This document shows, piece by piece, positions 48,719 to 56,383 of a DNA stretch of 64,000 bases. A program made the position numbers and the translations under genes. The notes beneath the pieces are model-generated. The model was not told the origin of the DNA. It ran no database searches and saw nothing but the letters and a program-made list of their open reading frames with translations. Each line of letters opens with the position of its first letter. The first letter of the stretch is position 1. This DNA is from a virus, in IMG/VR virus record IMGVR_UViG_3300007511_000003, positions 64,001-128,000 of that record; one strand, 5' to 3'.

Positions 48719-49167
48719 TAGGGAACCGGTTGGCAGAGTGCCAACCATCATGTATGTGGCAATCCAACTCTGGGTGCCTGCACTCGGAGGACGAGATACC
48801 AGATAAAATTCTGGCCAAGGCTAAGGGAATACCAGTACAAGAGGTAAAAAGGAGGAGGGAGGAGGGTGTGCGCAAAATCCACATCCTGATCATGTTACAC
48901 CATTACCTAGAATACACGGCTAACAGGGCGGGACCCGCCCTGAACCCCTTGCAAGAGAGTTTACATATAAGGTATCCGTACAACCTACCAGACATTAAGG
49001 GGAAGCTAGGGTACGTCCTACCCGCAACCAACAAAAATTTATTTAGGTCCTTTTTAAATGATACGAAGGCCCGACGAAGGTTTCCATTAAAAACCGTATT
49101 ACACCTATCTGCCAAGGAGTTACACCGACTCCGACGCCACCACAAGGAGAACGAAACTGATGGATAA
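48703..49167 (+). CDS. hypothetical Cys-containing protein
   Basis: ORF in + strand operon. Confidence 0.55.
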   Translation: MFCPLIGNRLAECQPSCMWQSNSGCLHSEDEIPDKILAKAKGIPVQEVKRRREEGVRKIHILIMLHHYLEYTANRAGPALNPLQESLHIRYPYNLPDIKGKLGYVLPATNKNLFRSFLNDTKARRRFPLKTVLHLSAKELHRLRRHHKENETDG

Positions 49168-49807
49168 CGACCAAGCAATGCGCCCGAGTGAAGTTACCAG
49201 ACTGGATTTCCACGAGTTGGAAAAGGCCAGCATTGGTCCTGTATGGGTATTCAACAACACCAAGGGTACCAAACGTAGTGACATCATGTTCAGTAGTGCC
49301 CGACCCAATGGCACGGGTACCGACACAGTGAAAATACCTGTTACGTTCCTACCAATCGATCTCACCACCCAGGTCCCTCGTGAACAACTTATGACAGGCG
49401 CCGAGTTTCGGCGAGCGGTATCCGGGGGGCTTCTCAAAGTGGTGTCAGATACGGACGCCCGCGGTTACATGCGGTCGCTAGATCGGGAAAGCATCTCAGA
49501 AGAAAAACGGCGGCTGCGTGATCTGGATGCCACCAGTGCTATCCAGAGCCAGTCTACCAGCATGGGACATTCTGCGGCGGAAGCCGTGGTGAGAAACAGT
49601 TTGGACGTGGATGGAGTATCACCGGCTGTAGTAAGCTTGATGGCAAGCGTGGGGGAAGACTCCCACCAATCCCAACTTAACAACACCTTGAGGTCCATGG
49701 CAGAGAGTCTGACCGATACGGATTGGGATCACATCATGAGTGAAGCCCGTCGAAACAAGTTGAAGAAGACCCTCCAGTATGCGAAGAAGGAAAAAGAGCA
49801 GAGGTAA
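49160..49807 (+). CDS. hypothetical protein
   Basis: AAGGAG RBS; followed by terminator. Confidence 0.65.
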   Translation: MDNDQAMRPSEVTRLDFHELEKASIGPVWVFNNTKGTKRSDIMFSSARPNGTGTDTVKIPVTFLPIDLTTQVPREQLMTGAEFRRAVSGGLLKVVSDTDARGYMRSLDRESISEEKRRLRDLDATSAIQSQSTSMGHSAAEAVVRNSLDVDGVSPAVVSLMASVGEDSHQSQLNNTLRSMAESLTDTDWDHIMSEARRNKLKKTLQYAKKEKEQR

Positions 49808-49835
49808 CACGCCCGTCACCTTTGCTGGTCCTGTG

Positions 49836-49876
49836 AGGGTCCAGGTCGGGTTTTAAGCCTGCCTGGACCCTTTTTA
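49836..49876 (+). terminator. Rho-independent terminator
   Basis: GGGTCCAGG...CCTGGACCC TTTTT. Confidence 0.8.
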
Positions 49877-49916
49877 TCATGTGTGAGCTAAAAGTAGTGG
49901 AGAGGACCAGAGGAGG

Positions 49917-51026
49917 TCAGGAAAGGCGAACGCGGAGTTCTTGGAGGAAGGCAAGGCCCGTACGTTGTGGAACGTCCAGGGAACGAAGACAGTACCGGAT
50001 GTAGCGGTGTAGGCGCCCGCAACCCAACAAACGTTCAAAGTATTGTTCGTTGGTTACACCTTTACGTACCATCTTCTTTTCTTGTAGCCAGTCTGTGAAC
50101 CGGGCATCATGAGTACCCGTAAGGAGTTCCAGGAACCTACGCTTTTTCCCACCGTACCCAGCCAGCAAGGATCTGGCGGTTAAAGCATCTTCGATTGTGA
50201 AAGCTCGATCACGGAAACTCTGTTGGGAACCTGTCAACGTCGATACCAAAAAGTCATCCGATTCCACCACGCGGAGGCTATCCCGTAACATATCCAATGA
50301 CACCTTGAGGCTGGAGAAAGTACCATCATCATTCCGGATGAGGTTATTCCTGCTCTTGGATGTATGCTTGAGGATCAGGTTCACACCATGGTTGTGGATA
50401 CTGCGTTTGGCAATGTTCGTGCTGTGAAGCCGACTGTCCACACAGGGGTACATCAACAACAGACTTTGGATACCCCTAAGCAACAAGTCCATCACAAGGT
50501 CTTCAAGGTCAATGCCATAGGACCGGGCCAGAAACCGCATTTTCTTGGTAACAAATTTTCGGGTATATATGTCCACCTCTTTTACCACCCGCTCTGTAGC
50601 GGCGTTAATGCCTCGTAGGGGCAAGGCCTTGTAGCGGTCTGTATAGGGGGGTAATGCCCGTCGAAGGTCCTTCGACCGTTTGAGATATCGGGCAAGCTCA
50701 GTGTCACGGCTTTTGACTTCAAATTCCTGGGAGGTCCTGGTGGCTTGCTGACGTGTCCAGTAGGCATTATGGACGTAGCTGTAGTATAACCAGGTTTTAA
50801 TATTTTTTAAGATGTACCCTTGTACCCCCAACTCTGCCCTAAATTCCCTGACGCTGATACCTTCACCAAGGAGGTCCTCCAACCGTCGGGTAAGCTCTCG
50901 GCTCTTAATACCCCTGAACAGGTAGAGCAGAACGGCGGTAACTGCCCTACGTTGCCAGCTTAGGGGTATCCTTAAATAACTTGGGAAGTGGTGTATTAAC
51001 ATCAACTCGATGGTGTTTCGGCCCAT
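49917..51026 (-). CDS. hypothetical, possibly divergent sigma-factor-like protein
   Basis: GIDLEDLVMDLLLRGIQS resembles sigma region 2.2. Confidence 0.35.
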   Translation of the reverse strand: MGRNTIELMLIHHFPSYLRIPLSWQRRAVTAVLLYLFRGIKSRELTRRLEDLLGEGISVREFRAELGVQGYILKNIKTWLYYSYVHNAYWTRQQATRTSQEFEVKSRDTELARYLKRSKDLRRALPPYTDRYKALPLRGINAATERVVKEVDIYTRKFVTKKMRFLARSYGIDLEDLVMDLLLRGIQSLLLMYPCVDSRLHSTNIAKRSIHNHGVNLILKHTSKSRNNLIRNDDGTFSSLKVSLDMLRDSLRVVESDDFLVSTLTGSQQSFRDRAFTIEDALTARSLLAGYGGKKRRFLELLTGTHDARFTDWLQEKKMVRKGVTNEQYFERLLGCGRLHRYIRYCLRSLDVPQRTGLAFLQELRVRLS

Positions 51027-51037
51027 TTGTCATCCCC

Positions 51038-51817
51038 TCACTTTTCGTCAAATTCGATGCTAACGGTAGCCCCTGTTTCATGGTCCCGGACCTTCATCGT
51101 GTCCCGTCTGCTGCGGGAACCGCGTTTCTTTTTTGGCTTTTTCCCTTGAGCCAAAGATTCCAAGTCTGAGGTACAAGCATCAATGGTGGGTGCTTCGTAA
51201 CTATCCAGGTCTGACTTCTTTCGGATGACGGGCATACGCTTTTTGGTCAAAAGGTGGGAACGTAGATCTTTGGGCGTTTGGATTTTCCCTTCTTCCGTCA
51301 AACGTTCCGATAGGGCTGTAAACCGACTCTTGGACAGGACTGAGGCAATCGGAAGGGTTAAGAAAACCAACTTTTTGCGGTAACGTTTGGAACGGAGTGA
51401 GCTGGCAACATGGAGGTACTTGAGGTCCTTGGTGGCCCCAATGACACGCCCCTGAAACCAACAGTCGAGGTAGGATATACGGGGAGCCGACAAGTTCATA
51501 AAAATGGGCTGGCCAAATTTGTAACCCGTCTTTTGGACGGTGGCAGCGTACTTGAACAAGTAGGCCAATATGCGGAGTTGGCTGGGTTTGAGGTCCTTGG
51601 CGATTATCGCGATTTGCTCGATCGCGTCTTCCTGGACCGTCACCAGCTTGTAGGTATCTGGGGTAAAATCGTCACAGGCAGAAGCAAAGGACTGAACCCC
51701 GAGGTCCTTACACTTTTTATCATAAACAGCGGGCCCTCTCTTATGATGGAGGCATTCCCCGCACTTCATACCCAAACTTAGCTTCCCTGACTTGGAAGGC
51801 GTCCCTTTCTTCAACAT
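51038..51817 (-). CDS. hypothetical basic protein with Cys motif
   Basis: CGECLH...C...C. Confidence 0.6.
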   Translation of the reverse strand: MLKKGTPSKSGKLSLGMKCGECLHHKRGPAVYDKKCKDLGVQSFASACDDFTPDTYKLVTVQEDAIEQIAIIAKDLKPSQLRILAYLFKYAATVQKTGYKFGQPIFMNLSAPRISYLDCWFQGRVIGATKDLKYLHVASSLRSKRYRKKLVFLTLPIASVLSKSRFTALSERLTEEGKIQTPKDLRSHLLTKKRMPVIRKKSDLDSYEAPTIDACTSDLESLAQGKKPKKKRGSRSRRDTMKVRDHETGATVSIEFDEK

Positions 51818-51872
51818 AAGGATTCCCCGGTTGGTAGGTGAGCGTTATACGCTCACGGTTGGTAGTTGGTAT

Positions 51873-52367
51873 CTAGTGCCCTATGTGCCTCATATATACC
51901 ACTTTAATTCCCTCTTTCACCACTTGGTCCTGCGTTAACCCTAGACCCTTCGCTGATAGTTTTAACATACGATGGGTTGCAGCGTCAAGCGTTGTCATGT
52001 ATTTCACGGGTCGGTGGTCGGAACCCTTTGATATTTCGTTCGCTTTGGAGATGACAGAAGCCAGATAAACCGCTTGGTCTACCTGGCCGGAACCCTTCCA
52101 TTTGGAACAGAGTTGGGTGATATACTGGGTACCATACTTGACATACTGGGGAATGCGTATCTGGTGGGTGTTATAATGACAAATCCCGCACAGGGTTACA
52201 GTAGGACCGGTTTCCCCTCCGCAATGCCGAGGTACCACATGGTGTTCTTCCAAGCCATCTTTGTCTTGGCAAATCCAACAGTGGTCCAACTTCAATGTAC
52301 GCTTAATTTCCAAACGTTGTGCCCTTGTTAATACTTTAACTTGATGGAGCCGTGCGGGTTTGCCCAT
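51873..52367 (-). CDS. HNH nuclease with C-terminal ribbon-helix-helix-like segment
   Basis: CWIC...HH...LCGICH; start placed at 52367, downstream of sigma70 promoter. Confidence 0.7.
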   Translation of the reverse strand: MGKPARLHQVKVLTRAQRLEIKRTLKLDHCWICQDKDGLEEHHVVPRHCGGETGPTVTLCGICHYNTHQIRIPQYVKYGTQYITQLCSKWKGSGQVDQAVYLASVISKANEISKGSDHRPVKYMTTLDAATHRMLKLSAKGLGLTQDQVVKEGIKVVYMRHIGH

Positions 52368-52385
52368 ACCCAACACTACGACACC

Positions 52386-52414
52386 ATTGTAACATATACC
52401 AACAGAAGAGTCAA
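52386..52414 (-). promoter_or_regulatory. sigma70-type promoter
   Basis: TTGACT-17 nt-TACAAT with extended -10 TG. Confidence 0.75.
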
Positions 52415-52454
52415 GTAAAATTTCATGACTCGAAAAACCCAAGGATTTCAATGT

Positions 52455-52595
52455 CTTGCCATAGAAGAGCCCAGATGGAGGCAGGCAACGTTGGGCATGG
52501 ACGTTAGGCGGCACTCGGAGACCGGGGAGATCACACTATACACCTGGGCCCTTCTATGGCAAGGCAGGCCCACCTACTTGGGACCCTGCCCTCAT
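52455..52595 (-). ncRNA. candidate structured RNA with 20-bp closing stem
   Basis: Inverted repeat 52455-52474 / 52544-52563 plus upstream hairpin, just downstream of TGTAAATA at 52600. Confidence 0.5.
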
Positions 52596-52634
52596 GGTTT
52601 ATTTACAAGAAATTATTATAAACTGAGCCAAAAA

Positions 52635-52722
52635 TGGAGCCAGGAACAGGATTCGAACCTGCGTTGGGTTTTCGCCGTCGGCTTACAAAGCCGCTCCTCT
52701 CGGCCGCTGGAGGGACCCTGGC
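52635..52722 (-). tRNA. tRNA-Thr(TGT) with long variable region
   Basis: GCCAGGG/TCCTGGC-T-CCA; loop TT-TGT-AA; GGTTCGAATCC; 15-nt variable region. Confidence 0.75.
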
Positions 52723-52745
52723 AAATCAAGATTAGACTAGAGATA

Positions 52746-52819
52746 TGGACCTGCGTTTGGGTAGAACCAACAACCTAAGGCTTAACAGGCCCTCACTTTA
52801 CCAACCAAACTACTGTGGA
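52746..52819 (-). pseudogene. degenerate tRNA-Asn(GTT)
   Basis: AGGGC-CTGTTAA-GCCTT arm and 3' CCA, but acceptor and T arms poorly paired. Confidence 0.5.
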
Positions 52820-52825
52820 TTAAGA

Positions 52826-52933
52826 TGGCACGTAGTAGGAATCGAACCTACGATTCTCGCTTAAACGGTTGATCAGTCCGCTATCGGCGAGCACAGACTC
52901 TGCCTGCGCGTTTACCACTCCGCCATACGTGCC
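52826..52933 (-). ncRNA. tRNA-like RNA with aberrant anticodon/variable region
   Basis: Perfect acceptor and T arm, class-II-like D arm, no canonical anticodon loop. Confidence 0.7.
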
Positions 52934-52939
52934 ACAAAG

Positions 52940-53200
52940 AAAATATGGTGTGCTATTACGCCAAAGAGGAGTTCACCCTTACCATCTCTGGGGTGGCTTA
53001 CTACTTCACCAAGTGGCGCCCGTCGCCTATCCCTCATAGCAGGTGGTCCTGCAGAGCTCTTTATTTGGATGCCGCCACCCAAACGTTAGCCTAGAGGTTT
53101 CCCTGGTTCATGCCCTTGCAATCCAGGTACGTACTACAACTAACGGCCTTTGCCTCACTCTTTAAAGGATGGCTGCTTCTAAGCCAACCTCCCATACCTT
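52940..53200 (-). ncRNA. 23S rRNA H43/H44 (uL11-binding) mimic with ~195-nt insert
   Basis: GGAGGUUGGCUUAGAAGCAGCCAUCCUUUAAAGAGU...GCGUAAUAGCACAC closed by AAGGUAUGG/CCAUAUUUU. Confidence 0.8.
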
Positions 53201-53209
53201 ATAGTATAT

Positions 53210-53581
53210 TCAATACCACGTTCGATGTTGTTCAAATACCCATTCACGACCATCGTCAGCTTCACCGATACTCCACTTAATGTCCTCCGGAATCTCTATG
53301 ACCTTCAGGTCAGGGGCCAAATCCTGGTGTTGGTTGAATGCTTCCAAGAGAGCAGGGTCATCACGCGGTATATCAAACACTGGGCAAAATCGTTCACCAT
53401 CCTTGGTGTAGTTAAAGGATGCATGTGGTTCGTCTTCATGGGCCTGGTCTTTATAAGATTGGACATACACTCCGTCCAGTTCCCACTGGAGATCAACACC
53501 AGTAGCCTGTGCCCAGGCCATCACAATTTTGTGTGGAAGGGAAAACCCACCGATTTCTTTGTTAATGAGTATATGCCTCAC
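53210..53581 (-). CDS. conserved small phage protein
   Basis: INKEIGGFSL...RDDPAL...LKVIEIP...DDGREWV.E.HRTW. Confidence 0.75.
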   Translation of the reverse strand: MRHILINKEIGGFSLPHKIVMAWAQATGVDLQWELDGVYVQSYKDQAHEDEPHASFNYTKDGERFCPVFDIPRDDPALLEAFNQHQDLAPDLKVIEIPEDIKWSIGEADDGREWVFEQHRTWY

Positions 53582-53608
53582 GAGTAACTACCTTAAGTAC
53601 TGGTTGAT

Positions 53609-53685
53609 TGGCTGGCCCTCCTGGATTCGAACCAGGGATACACAGAATCAAAATCTGTTGCCTTACCAAACTTGGCTAAGGGCCA
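53609..53685 (-). tRNA. tRNA-Gln(TTG)
   Basis: Canonical cloverleaf, encoded CCA. Confidence 0.93.
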
Positions 53686-53690
53686 ATCGA

Positions 53691-53857
53691 ATACCACAGG
53701 CTGGGCGTTACTCCAGCTACACGGTTTCTCACCAGGAATATAACCGGGATCACCTGGTAATTCGCACGAGCTACACTGGCATCAGGCCCTTATCCCTTGC
53801 CATTTGGGCAATATCCCTCCTGTCACCAGGAGGCCCCCGTTTACCGCGGGGCGGTAC
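53691..53857 (-). ncRNA. candidate multibranch structured RNA
   Basis: GUACCGC/GUGGUAU closing stem enclosing five hairpins. Confidence 0.55.
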
Positions 53858-53864
53858 AACGCAA

Positions 53865-54113
53865 TTATGCCACTCCTCTATATATTATTATTATATAGAG
53901 ATGTGTCCTGTTTCCCCGCCCGATCAGGTGACGGGCCTGACGCTCGGTGCCGACACGCCAGTCTTGTTCTTGAGCGAGTTTGGCAAAGGCAAGGGCCAAT
54001 AGGTTGCGATCATAATAGGCGGCCTCCAATGCTTGCCCCTCCGCTCGCAACTTAACCACTTCTGCCTTTCGCAGTTCCTCAGCATGAGCGCCTGATAATT
54101 GGACATTACACAT
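53865..54113 (-). CDS. hypothetical protein
   Basis: AYYDRNLLA motif. Confidence 0.45.
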   Translation of the reverse strand: MCNVQLSGAHAEELRKAEVVKLRAEGQALEAAYYDRNLLALAFAKLAQEQDWRVGTERQARHLIGRGNRTHLYIIIIYRGVA

Positions 54114-54122
54114 GGTCAGTTC

Positions 54123-54311
54123 CTAATCAACAATAGTAAAATCAAAGGCCCCATAATCCAAGATCACGCTTTTACCTGGAGGAACATGTGTCAGAACAAA
54201 CTGTTCAAAGGTAGGGTCGTTTCCTTTTAAACGGAGAAACCGTTCATCCTTTGGCATTCCTTCCCACTGCTCCTTAACCATCTTTTCCAGTTCGTCATAG
54301 GTTAACTTCAT
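54123..54311 (-). CDS. hypothetical protein
   Basis: 62-aa ORF. Confidence 0.55.
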   Translation of the reverse strand: MKLTYDELEKMVKEQWEGMPKDERFLRLKGNDPTFEQFVLTHVPPGKSVILDYGAFDFTIVD

Positions 54312-54487
54312 GATAGTGACCCTAAGTTACCACCCCAAGTATTTTTGATCACATGGCCACGCCACATGTGAAGACCCTCCTCCGTGGCGTGGCACCTTTT
54401 GCAAATACAGGCCCCTGCATAAAACCTATATATCTCGTTGTCTTCCTTGGGCTGGTGGCAACAAACACAATTCAGAGTTTCTTCCAT
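54308..54487 (-). CDS. 59-aa Zn-finger protein
   Basis: Not in track; MEETLNCVCC...CICKRCH; ATGA overlap with next ORF. Confidence 0.55.
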   Translation of the reverse strand: MEETLNCVCCHQPKEDNEIYRFYAGACICKRCHATEEGLHMWRGHVIKNTWGGNLGSLS

Positions 54488-54506
54488 GGAACCATGCCTT
54501 TAAGTT

Positions 54507-54582
54507 TGGTGGAGACGGACGGAATCGAACCGCCGACATCCTGCTTGCAAAGCAGGCGCTCTCCCAACTGAGCTACGCCCCC
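54507..54582 (-). tRNA. tRNA-Ala(TGC)
   Basis: Canonical, G3:U70, CCA. Confidence 0.96.
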
Positions 54583-54593
54583 ACGAGATAAAA

Positions 54594-55133
54594 TTACTTC
54601 TTTTGGAAAACCAACATCAAAGCCCCAAGGATCGATGCAAGACCAGCAAAAAGTTGACCGGGCAAAGGGTTAGTGTTGTTCGGAGTCTGCGCCAGCTGGA
54701 CCGCCGCCACCCGAAGCTGGTTCAGAAACATTGGGTTGGTCAAATCCATGGCCCCGCTTTGCTGAGGAATCTGGGCAGGAGCAGAGGGACCACCCCCAAC
54801 CACAGGAAACACCTGCTTCTCCTCAGGGTTCACAGCAACCTTCTGATCAACCAGGAACCCCTGTCCCGCTGTCAGGTGCTGCTTGAGCTGGTCAATGGTC
54901 CACAACATTCCTGCGTGGTCGGGTGGGGCCGGAGGGGGGCGGCGGAGGTTACGTGGTTTGAACCCTTGTTCCAAGGCAGACATGTACAGGACCTCAACAC
55001 CATTCTGGCGGGTGTACAGGCTGACGTTGAACACTGTGTTATCCGCTACTCCATAGATACGTACCTGTTGGCCTGGGGTAAATTTACGAAGCTGCTCCAA
55101 ATCAGCTGGTTTGTGGACTTCGATTACACTCAT
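54594..55133 (-). CDS. hypothetical protein with C-terminal hydrophobic anchor
   Basis: AAGGAG RBS. Confidence 0.6.
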   Translation of the reverse strand: MSVIEVHKPADLEQLRKFTPGQQVRIYGVADNTVFNVSLYTRQNGVEVLYMSALEQGFKPRNLRRPPPAPPDHAGMLWTIDQLKQHLTAGQGFLVDQKVAVNPEEKQVFPVVGGGPSAPAQIPQQSGAMDLTNPMFLNQLRVAAVQLAQTPNNTNPLPGQLFAGLASILGALMLVFQKK

Positions 55134-55212
55134 CTCGGCTCCTTTGTTCTACTGTTCCCACTGAACATGATCTAACCTCTGATAACCCAAAACCACCTCG
55201 GCTCTCAATAAT

Positions 55213-55300
55213 TGGTAGGGCTGGAGGGAGTTGAACCCACGGTAGGTCGCCCTACGTCGGTTTTCAAGACCGGTACCTTTAACCACTCGGCCACCCTTCC
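55213..55300 (-). pseudogene. chimeric tRNA-Ser(TGA) with non-pairing acceptor
   Basis: Ser-type D, anticodon and V arms; 5' GGAAGGG vs 3' CAGCCCT-A-CCA. Confidence 0.7.
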
Positions 55301-55306
55301 ACAAAC

Positions 55307-55561
55307 CTACAAGGATTCCTCTAGGCAGGAGAACTCTGTGTGCCCGCAGTTTGGACATACGTCATCCTCCAGCTCTTCTGTTGTAAACTCTTGATTACAC
55401 TGCAGGCACTCACAAAGCTTACCGTAAGTGGTAGTTTCCCCTTCTGGTTCCGCGGTCCAATGGAGTTCATCGTTCCCACAGTTAGGGCAAGCATCACTGT
55501 ATAATTTATCAGGTGGACCTTCCCAACAACAATCCGGACACTCACAAACTCGATCACTCAT
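55307..55561 (-). CDS. duplicated Zn-ribbon protein
   Basis: Two CxxC...CPNCG units. Confidence 0.65.
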   Translation of the reverse strand: MSDRVCECPDCCWEGPPDKLYSDACPNCGNDELHWTAEPEGETTTYGKLCECLQCNQEFTTEELEDDVCPNCGHTEFSCLEESL

Positions 55562-55856
55562 CCCACACTCCAATTATTCCTTGGTAGGCATCTGGTGGTG
55601 GTCCATGGCCAGGTCGTGGTCTCCAACGTAACGATGCCTTAATTTGGCCCGACTTTTCAGAACACCAGTAAGCTTCAACGGTACCACTTACGTTCAAAGG
55701 TGAGCCTATGCCCACCCTGTATACTGGTGTTGTGGTTGTTAACGAGAACTTTGCGAGGACTTCGTTGTTATGGAGGACCTCCACCTGACAGGTTTTGGAC
55801 TCCAGATAACGTTCCCAACGAACCTTGATAGGACCTAAGATTATCATTTCGCTCAT
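55554..55856 (-). CDS. hypothetical protein
   Basis: GAGGAG RBS. Confidence 0.55.
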   Translation of the reverse strand: MSEMIILGPIKVRWERYLESKTCQVEVLHNNEVLAKFSLTTTTPVYRVGIGSPLNVSGTVEAYWCSEKSGQIKASLRWRPRPGHGPPPDAYQGIIGVWDE

Positions 55857-55952
55857 TGCGGCTCCTCAGAGGGCCACCCAAGCACTTTAGGTCCTTGAGA
55901 GTCCAAAGATATGTCCAAAGATAAAAACCCGACAGAAGTCCTCTGAGGGCGT

Positions 55953-56336
55953 TTATGAGGTAAAGGGTATTGACGGGGCTTTAGGTCCCAGTTTGAAGAA
56001 CTGCTGGTTCCCGTCTTTGTAATCCTCTGTCAACCATCCCTTATCCAACCACTTGCGGATGGTCTTCCACTGAGCACCTTTTGACCTATACACCACCCGT
56101 TCACCCTCCCGTACTTCATTTGTGACCTTACCTTTATCATCGGTTGAGGTGTAAGGTACCTTCTTGACCACACGTTCGATGACCACAGAGACACGGCCGC
56201 GAGCGGCAGCCCGCAACACTCGCAACTGACGACGATCAGCGATACCAGGAGGGAGTGGTTGTTTCTTATTTAACCTTCCGTCAATGCCGGAGGGTTGACG
56301 GGAAGTCTTCTCTTGTTTCGGTTTCTTGGCACTCAT
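55953..56336 (-). CDS. basic hypothetical protein
   Basis: Likely start MSAKK. Confidence 0.55.
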   Translation of the reverse strand: MSAKKPKQEKTSRQPSGIDGRLNKKQPLPPGIADRRQLRVLRAAARGRVSVVIERVVKKVPYTSTDDKGKVTNEVREGERVVYRSKGAQWKTIRKWLDKGWLTEDYKDGNQQFFKLGPKAPSIPFTS

Positions 56337-56383
56337 TTCAACGTCCCTTTGGGTACCCAGCCAACTAAGCCGGTTCGTTAAAG

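Noticed and set aside
52368-52514. N-terminal extension of the HNH ORF as given in the track
   Set aside because: It overlaps a sigma70 promoter and a long inverted repeat; a start at 52367 is more plausible
53156-53192. True rRNA gene or host contamination
   Set aside because: Only two short blocks match, they are separated by a non-rRNA insert, and the flanks are phage tRNA genes and ORFs
53700-53790. Hammerhead ribozyme (CUGAU...GAAA)
   Set aside because: The core reads CUGAUGC rather than CUGANGA, and the stems do not fit
54356-54383. GCCACGCCAC/GTGGCGTGGC hairpin as an ncRNA
   Set aside because: Falls inside a credible 59-aa Zn-finger ORF; no other support
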